This document shows, piece after piece, positions 55,150-64,000 of a stretch of DNA of 64,000 nt. The DNA is from the human T2T-CHM13v2.0 reference genome, Homo sapiens. Below the pieces are notes generated by a model, which was not told the DNA's origin, searched no databases, and worked only from the letters and a program-made list of their open reading frames with translations. Position 1 is the first letter of the stretch. The number at the start of each line of letters is the position of its first letter. The translations under genes and the position numbers were made by a program. The stretch is taken from assembly GCF_009914755.1 (NCBI RefSeq), contig NC_060931.1, one strand, 5' to 3'.

Positions 55150-55820
55150 TCTTCTTTTTCTGTACTAGTTCCTGATTTTTCAAGTCCTCTCTTCAGCTTC
55201 TTAACACCCTCACTTTGGCTCTTCTGTGACATTTCCCCATGTTCCTGAACGCCCTTTTCTTGTCCTGCTGCCCACAAGCTCCATCAGAAGGGCCTGAAAT
55301 GAGCTGGGTACTAGAAATAAAGCTGCCAATGCCCTTCCCTGTGCAGTGTGTTTATAAGTAACTACAATGAGACTAGAGAAGGCAGGATTCCACATTTGCC
55401 AAACACTTAAAGCTAAAAGAGATGATTAACAGAAGCCTAGATCTCAACAGGAAGGACCAGTGGACCCAATCTAAGAAAATAAAGTTTAACAGGTGCAAAA
55501 GTAAAATTTTTAAGAACAAATCTATAATGTCAAATCGAGGTGGAGGTGATGTAGCCTGTAACATGGCTTAAAAGTAGAATATGTGGGGAATATTCATAGT
55601 ATTTTAATTTAACTTTTTAAACTGTAAACTAAGTAAAAGCTAACGATTCCAAGTGGCTATTTAAAAAGAACATCTACTGCAGTGCTGAGTTATATAATAC
55701 AATTCTACAAAATGAGAGTCAACAGTCTTCTTTTTTTCTAGGCCTTGTCATGCTTTTCCGCATTTAAAAAGGCATTTAAAAAAATCCGAAACAAGAACAT
55801 GTACAGAAAGGTAAAATGTA
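55150..55820 (+). mobile_element. L3/CR1 fragment
   Basis: gatctcaacagg..cagtgg..aaaataaagtttaacaggtgcaaa resembles CR1 RT C-terminal motifs. Confidence 0.5.
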
Positions 55821-56479
55821 TGTATTTATATATTTATATTAAGTATATCTAGAAAGGGGAAATATATGTATTTATATATTTATGTTTAATTTTTTATAAA
55901 CGGAGAAAATACTATACACCAAGTTTTATGGTTATAATTTGTCACCTAATACTATATTATAATTCATTTTCCACATTATTAAGGATTCTGAAAAACTTGA
56001 TTACTGAAATTGAATGTGCGGCCATTTAAAGGCTCTGCGATACACACTCTCACACTGTACTTTAGAAAAGTTGTGCTAACTGACACCTCCAACAGCAGTA
56101 TATAAGAAAATCTGTTTTATTTTAGCCACACAATACTGGCTATTATTATTATATCATCACTGTCAATTGGTAGAGCAAAATCTCTCATTGTTTTAAATTA
56201 CACGAATTAAATTATTCATGAGGCTACATTTCATTTCATATGCATGTTTCCAGGTTGTATTCTCTTGTGCAATCTGTGTATGTTCTTTGTCTTATCTTTT
56301 TCTATGGGAATATTTGCTTTTTATTCACTTATAAGAGCAATGCATGTATCAAGGTTAGATTTTAATTTTGCAACATATTTTGTGGCATAATCAGGTTTAA
56401 AATGCTTGAAGTTACCATATATGTAAATTTTTTCTTCATGTTCTTTGCATTTAAGTGACTGGAAGAGTTCATTCCTTCC

Positions 56480-57650
56480 ACTGAAATCACTGAATAACTA
56501 CCTTGGCTACTTGGTGCCAATGATGAAGGCATCATATTTATACCCCTCAAAGGATTCACAGTCCAGGAAGAAGCAGACAAACGAAGACTTTCATAAGTGC
56601 TATGGAGAGCCAAGGAACCATCTCGATCTGCTGGGAATTCCTGGGGCAGGAAACTGAGGATGGGACTGTGGTCCAAGGAGGCAGACTCTGACCAGGCTGG
56701 GACAGGGAAGGGGAGCGTTCAGGCAAGGTGGTCGGCCTTCTGTCAGAGCATACTGCATTACAGTACTCGAGTAAACTTATGAATTAGGGCACATAGCAGA
56801 AACAATGACAAGAAATGTTGGAGACAGATGGACTCTTGAAGACCTTTGTGTCATGTTGAAGAGTGTGAACTTTCTCCTGGGCAGTGGGACTCACATGATC
56901 CCTAGGCAGAGAAGAGCTCTGGTGGAACTTTTATTTAAGAGAGATGATCATAGCAGCCAGTGGAGGGGTTTGAGGTTCCTCAATAATTCACGCAAAAAAA
57001 AAAAAAAAAAACCAGACATCAGAAGGCTGTGGTAGTAGTAATGGATGAGGAGGACAGGCCTGGAGGGACATTCCAGAAGAAGAATGAGGGGCTTGGTGAA
57101 TAACTGGAAGAAACGATGAGGGAAAGAAGGAGTCTAAGAGGAGGCAAATGACAGTGGGGCCATACTCTGAGAGAGGCAGGAGTGGGATAGGGGCAGGTTG
57201 GGAGCTCATGAAGATGACTGAGCCCAGCTTGAGTCTGGCTGAGTCTCATACGTCTATAAGACATCCACCTAGAGATGTCCACGGGCAGCCAAGGATGTAA
57301 GATCTGGCGCTTGGGAGAATTGTCCGGGCAGGAGGCAGATTTAAGAAATGCCAATGTACAGTTGGCTGTTAAAACAGGGACTAAAAGTAAGATTGCCTAG
57401 AACAGGGCTGCTCAGCCTTTTTGAAACCGGTGTGTTTCTCCTTCCCCACATTTGATAAACACATTCTTTCTGCTTAAAATAAAAACACTATTTTTTCATT
57501 CACTATATGCTTTCACTGTACTATAGAATTAGCCTTTTCAAACTATATGTCCCCCTGCCTTTAGTGGCTACATTCCCTGAGAGTTTGAAGACAGGGAAGA
57601 CTGGGGCCAGACACCGGGAAATGCTAACACCGAAGTGACATGTGGAGAAA
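56480..57650 (-). mobile_element. L2 fragments
   Basis: ccctcaaaggattcacagtcc, ataagtgctatgga and gacatcca..gagatgtcc motifs. Confidence 0.55.
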
Positions 57651-59847
57651 CAGAGTCTTTTCAAATAATTTTATGAGATGTATTAAAACATTTAGTGCCA
57701 TCAATGGCATTTGCCTCTTAAAAGAGGAGTTTGTTAGTCTGAAATGAATCTGCACAATTGATAGCTATTGGGGGATACATTCGATCACAGAAAGGATAAG
57801 AGGGGGAGAGGAAAGAGGCCTTCTGAGAACAGCTTTCACGGGGGAGCAGCCTGAACTTGGTATCAGACAGGCCACCTCTAGCTATAAGGGCTCTGCTACG
57901 TGCCAGCTAGATGACTTTGGGCGTAATGTCCAACCTGACTTGTGTGTCTCCATTTGATGTGGAGATACTGTCTACCTCATGGAGCTGTCATGCAGATTAA
58001 AGGTGGGATCTTAGGTAAGAGAAGGTTATGGCCATCAGCCTGTCACCGTCTTCTTGTACCACAACCCACTAGTCCTACACTGCATGGGGGTTTGGCCAGC
58101 ATTCATGCTGTGAACCAGTCCTCATTTCCAAGCTCTGTCCAAATCCCCTGAAACCACCTGCTGTTTGGCCACTTCTTGGCTGGGCCCATGCATCCAGGCC
58201 AGTGCTTCAGCTCTCCAAACCTGTGGCCATTTCAACTGAGAATTCTGGAATTGCATGCATCCAGAGTGTGGCATAGAGGAACATATGTGCATGCCCTTTG
58301 GCCCCAAGGACTTCTAACCTGGAGGAAGGAGCGCAGCTGGAGAAGGACGAGGGTTCCAGAGCGGGGGCCTCTAAAACACCCTGCAGTACTAGGTAAGGAG
58401 CCTAACATGTACTGATGTACAGGAGCCTAACACAGAGCCTGTCACACACTAAATTCTCACTTAATGCAAATTCTCTTTTCCTTCACTCTTCTCGTCTTGC
58501 TAGTCTCTTCTTCCAGAATCTAGAAAACCAAAGTCAGCAGAATGATGTCCCTACTTCTAAGGTCTCTGCCTCTTGGTTGAAAAGCTTCCACTCAAGAGAT
58601 AAAGCCTATCCTGCCCTCAAACACCATCATACACCATTTTGTCTGCTCTGGACCCCGAGACCACATCTTCTATCATAGCATTTATCACTCCGTAGGTGAA
58701 CATCTTTGTTGTCTTTCTCTCCACCAGGCTGTGAGCTCTCTCAGTTCCAAGAAGTAGCCTCACTCTCCACTATTTCCCCAGTGCCTATTTTGGAGCCTGA
58801 TCCAGAGTAAGGTTTACTGGATACATCCAATAAAGGTTGGTGAAATGAATGAATGAATAAATGAATGGAGAAAGGAAACCAGTCCCTCTCCCCACGTTGG
58901 GACAGTAGGGCAGGTATAAACCTACAGGGAACGTTCCTCTGCTCATTTACATACACTCTCCCCTGCTACTTTTGGGGAGAAATTGTGCATATGTAGCTAC
59001 TTCATCTACTATGGGCATCTTTCGGGGTCTGACTTGTGGTGGGGAACAACAAAGAGAAAAAGGCAGACAGCCCGCAGAACACATGTGCAGTTCTGTTGGT
59101 CACATGCCCAGCTCTCAGCTCTTGCCTTCACCACCTGAACTGCCACTCCCTCACACTTGGATGTTCCTAGTACATCGAATCAGCCCCGCTAGACCACAAC
59201 CCTGGAAAAGTCTAACAGGAAAAAAGGAAAAGGTCTGTGATTTTCCTCAACCCCAGAAGACAGATTGCCTTCAAAGCAGAAAGGAAGAATGAGACTTTGC
59301 CTTCCACTCATGAGACTTTAAAGAGTCAGTTTTCTGTTCTTAATGGTGTGGGGAGAAGAACAGGGAAACGTTTATAGATGCTCAGAAAATACTTATTGAA
59401 TAATTGAATCAATATATAACTATAATCTCAATTTTGTGATTGCTGCTCTTCTCAGAGCACTTCTAAAGGAACTAGTTCAGGAAAAAAGAGTCCTCATTCT
59501 AAAATGAGACGAACCACATAAATTAAAGTCATTTGGTAATCTGGCTTTTTTGAAACAGCTCACCTCCTTGTTGGCCAGTAACAGCAGTGTGATCATTTCT
59601 ACCAAGCATCCGAGTGGAGTAGTCACACACACCCACCACAAGGCAGGACAAAGTTTTATCTCTCCCCTCATAGTCAGATTCAATTACCTCATGCATCTAA
59701 GCCAACACTGGGCTGGTAGTAGTTGATCTCATTTAAATAGAAACTGGGATTCTGCATCCAAAAAATTCATAATTCTAAAGCTAAAGCATGAATGCAACAA
59801 TTTTGCAAGCACAAAACCCTCAATTACCCTCTAGAATGGATACTCAC

Positions 59848-59883
59848 TGTAAGTCCTAGGTCTCCTTTGGGTCCTTGTAAACC
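59848..59883 (-). CDS. COL28A1: COL28A1 last collagenous exon (36 nt, ~exon 30): GLQGPKGDLGLT
   Basis: Acceptor ctaagtag, donor ACA|gtgagt, phase 0/0. Confidence 0.93.
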
Positions 59884-59969
59884 CTACTTAGTGGAAGAAG
59901 AGTAAAAGTCAATATAGGTTGGAACCAGTTAGAGTATAAAATCACAGTGAGACATTAAAAACTACTTGC

Positions 59970-60050
59970 CTGTTTTCCTGGAGATCCAGGCTCTCCAATT
60001 TCTCCTTTATCACCTTTCTTTCCCACATCGCCCCGTTCTCCGTGCTCTCC
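59970..60050 (-). CDS. COL28A1: COL28A1 collagenous exon (81 nt, ~exon 29): [27 protein letters not shown]
   Basis: Acceptor gtgtaaag; nine perfect Gly-X-Y triplets; in-frame donor is CAG|gcaagt (GC). Confidence 0.93.
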
Positions 60051-60731
60051 CTTTACACAATAGGGTAAAATGATAGGTTCAGAATGTGAATCTAAAAGCC
60101 AGATAAGAAAAGCTCTATAATTTGGTTATCTGCAACTGGCATCTCTTGAAGACCTTCAGTTCTTGTTTATACAAATGCAGTATTTGAAAAAAAATTGGGG
60201 GTAACTTATTTACATCCCATCAGATACCATAATCTAATTCATGATGAACCAGAGGTCTCAGAGTGAAGAGACCTTGAGATATAATACCATCTAATCGGCT
60301 CACCTTTCAGGACATACAATTATTACACAATTTACCGGGTACCTGAGTTATCTGGTATCTCCTACATGGTATGTTGTAAGTATGTTGTAAGATAACTAAT
60401 AAATCCTTTATTAGTTATCTTCTGAGAATAAAGAAAATGAGATTTTTTTAAACATAGAGATGGGATCTCACTATATTGCTCAAGCTGGTCTTGAACTCCT
60501 GGCCTCAAGCAATCCCCCTACCTGAAGCTCTCAAAGAAAAGGACATTTTATAAAGTGAACCTATTTATAGGTAGAAAAAGCAATGCACGAGGATTTTATT
60601 TTGAGTGGATTGTTTTTCTTCTGAGAGTTGTAAGGGGAAGAGTGACACATATATGAGAGTTCTTCCAAAGTTAAAGTTAAGCTATTGCGATCCTAAGCCT
60701 AAGCATTTCTCTAAGATCCTGAGACACTTAC

Positions 60732-60800
60732 CTTCTGGCCTGGGAGGCCATGGCCCATTGTGCCCTTTGGGCCTGGGAAGCCTTGTGGTCCTTGTTCCCC
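60732..60800 (-). CDS. COL28A1: COL28A1 collagenous exon (69 nt, ~exon 28): GEQGPQGFPGPKGTMGHGLPGQK
   Basis: Acceptor ctatgtag, donor AAG|gtaagt, phase 0/0; Gly-X-Y with one G-H-G imperfection. Confidence 0.95.
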
Positions 60801-60976
60801 CTACATAGGATATGAGAAAGAGATGTTCTATTAATTTCCCAGGATAGCTTGGCTATTCTTTGGGTCAGAAACACACTTACGGTTTAAAACTGCATTATAG
60901 TATTATCTAAATATTAGGGGAAATATATATATATATGTATATAAATACATATGTGTATGTGTGTATGTGTATGGCT

Positions 60977-61519
<543 letters not shown>

Positions 61520-61885
61520 ATGTCATTTTAGTAACGGGGAAAAGAGTATATAACAGCATCCATCCACAATTAATGCCAAGTTATTGTTTATGTAATTCCC
61601 TTTATACTGTTAGTTCCATCTCTCATAATTTGTAGCAACATTCAGGACTTGTTTCCAGATTTCTCCATCACATTTTAACATTATTTCTTGCCCCACCCAA
61701 ACCACACAGTTTCCAAGGGGTTTCATGGTGTTGAGCATGAAACAGAAACAATCACTAGCAAGTATACAAAGTCATAGTTCTAATGCTCCTTGGATCTTAT
61801 ACTCAATCCTTATTTGACTCTGGATAATTATTAGTAATGAGTCTCTGGCAAAGGCTTGAAGGACCACGGGCTCCTCGGGATTGAT

Positions 61886-62053
61886 CTGTGGTTTTCAAAA
61901 CTATCCTGATCATCCCCACCAAGATCATTGGCATGCTTGATAAAAATTGCATCTCCCAGGCCCAACCTCAAACCAACTAAATGAGAATCACAGGTGAAGG
62001 TAAAGGCAAAATATGCATTTTGCCATAAGTCTGCTAAAGCTTGAGAGCCACTA
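61886..62053. mobile_element. MER5-type hAT element
   Basis: gtggttttcaaa ... ttgagagccact ends. Confidence 0.65.
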
Positions 62054-62406
62054 CTCCAGGAGGCATGATGGGATTTACGAGGCACTCCTGGAAGGGGCCA
62101 CAGAGGTTTGCTTGGAGACCATTACAACTTTGGGCACCTCAACATCCCTAAGCCTCCTTTACCTTGTTCATTGGCTGTCAAGCTGTTTCAAATCAAAAGG
62201 GCCTATTCTCTTTTAAATTGTTATAATGAAATATTTCAAAACAAAAATCATATAGAATAAAGTAAACACCTATCTACCACGTTAAAAAATAAAACAGATA
62301 CAATTCAAACCTCTTAGGTACTCATCCCCAATCCTATTTCTCTGAGAGAAAAAATCTCTATCTGAAATTCATATTTATCATTCATATCCATGTTTTTATG
62401 CTTTAA

Positions 62407-62754
<348 letters not shown>

Positions 62755-62842
62755 GATATTTTTAATATTTTAAATTTCCAATAAATGATATATTTATGCA
62801 TCCAATTTTTTAAAAAAACCTCAATATTATCTATTTGAAATT

Positions 62843-62881
<39 letters not shown>

Positions 62882-62888
62882 GTATATG
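62843..62888. repeat. Compound (TG)n(TA)n microsatellite
   Basis: Read directly. Confidence 0.9.
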
Positions 62889-63562
62889 AGATTCTAATTT
62901 GTTGATCGTCTCTCTGCTATAAAGTATTTCATTAAATAACTGAATACAACTTATCCATTAGCCTTCTGATGCACATTTAGGTTATTTCCAATATTTCTGT
63001 ATTAAAAATAATATTTTAAGAATATCCTTTTATATGCCTTTGCACACTTGTATACATTCCTAGGAGGAAACTCTTACATCGAAACAAATATTATATAAAA
63101 TGGTACAAAATAAAATGAACACAGCACAGATTCTCTGAAGCTGAACTAAAGGGCTCCATTTTTCACACACCCATCCCTAACCTCTTACGGCACATTGGCT
63201 TGACTGAACTCTAAGGTTCTTTTTATTCTCTTACATGTGTTTCTAAACTGTTTGTAGGTATGGTGTTATGGTATTGCCTCCCCAGTTCAACACCAGAGGA
63301 CTTAAAATAAGTTCTTTACAGGGGTGAGATTACAGAGAACTTAATTCACTGAATGTCTTTTCACTTTGGTATCTCTTGAGCCAAACCCAGTGCAGTAACA
63401 TACTGGGCCCACTGGAAATGGGTATGCAGTGTTGCACTACAATGTCTTGGGCCCACCTAAGGAGGCTCACCCAGAAGAGGAGTGCTTCCTCTGTTAGTTG
63501 CTTAGAGGGAACAAGTAGGGATGATTGGTCTTCTTTATTCAGTTTAAAGTCAGAATAGAATA

Positions 63563-63891
63563 CAGTAGTCCCCCTTTATCTGTACTTTCATTTCCCATGG
63601 TTACACTTACCCACAGTCAACTGTGGTTGGAAAATAAGTGAGTATAGTACAGTAAGATATTTTGAGAGAGACCACATTCACATAACTTTGATGACAGTAT
63701 ATTGCTTATAGTTGTTCTATTTTATTATGTGTTTGTTAATCTCCTACTGTGCCTAATTTTAAATTAGGCCTTATTATAGGTATGTGTATATAGAAAAAAC
63801 ATAGCATATTTAGGGTTTGGTAGTATCCAAGGTTTCAAGCATCCACTGGGAATATCGGAACATATCTCCTGCAGATAAGGAGGGACTACTG
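63563..63891. mobile_element. MER2B-like Tigger (TcMar) element
   Basis: TIRs cagtagtccc..ttatctg / cagataag..gggactactg flanked by TA. Confidence 0.85.
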
Positions 63892-64000
63892 TAATCTTTT
63901 CCCACCAGGAAACTTGATATCATTGGGAGCCCCAGAACCCTGGATAGGAATTTGTACCAGTTAAATAAACCCTAAACATTAAACTGACACTGGCATTCCA

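Overview
Primate (human-like) genomic DNA, AT-rich and dense in Alu, L1 and LTR repeats. The only protein-coding gene I can support is the 3' end of COL28A1 (collagen XXVIII alpha-1) on the minus strand. Eight exons (60800 down to 37812; by recall exons 28-35 of 35) splice in frame and encode the end of the Gly-X-Y helix, a Cys-containing neck, the C-terminal VWA domain, an acidic/mucin-like linker and a Kunitz domain. Positions 1-37 kb are downstream sequence, mostly interspersed repeats (L1, L2, Alu, MaLR/ERVL/ERV1 solo LTRs, DNA transposons). Nearly all other ORFs in the track are repeat-derived or chance. I found no new autonomous system. The best leads concern COL28A1 3' processing: (i) the phase-symmetric 549-nt VWA exon is bracketed by inverted Alus, so a circRNA would carry a stop-free ORF; (ii) several routes could give Kunitz-less C-termini, including three candidate downstream exons at 19.6-20.3 kb; (iii) an 86-nt GC-AG intron has a stop-creating NAGNAG acceptor. 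There are also retrotransposition oddities such as a triplicated L1 target site. Exon numbers and repeat subfamily names come from memory of consensus sequences and need confirming with RepeatMasker/Dfam; repeat boundaries without a TSD are approximate.
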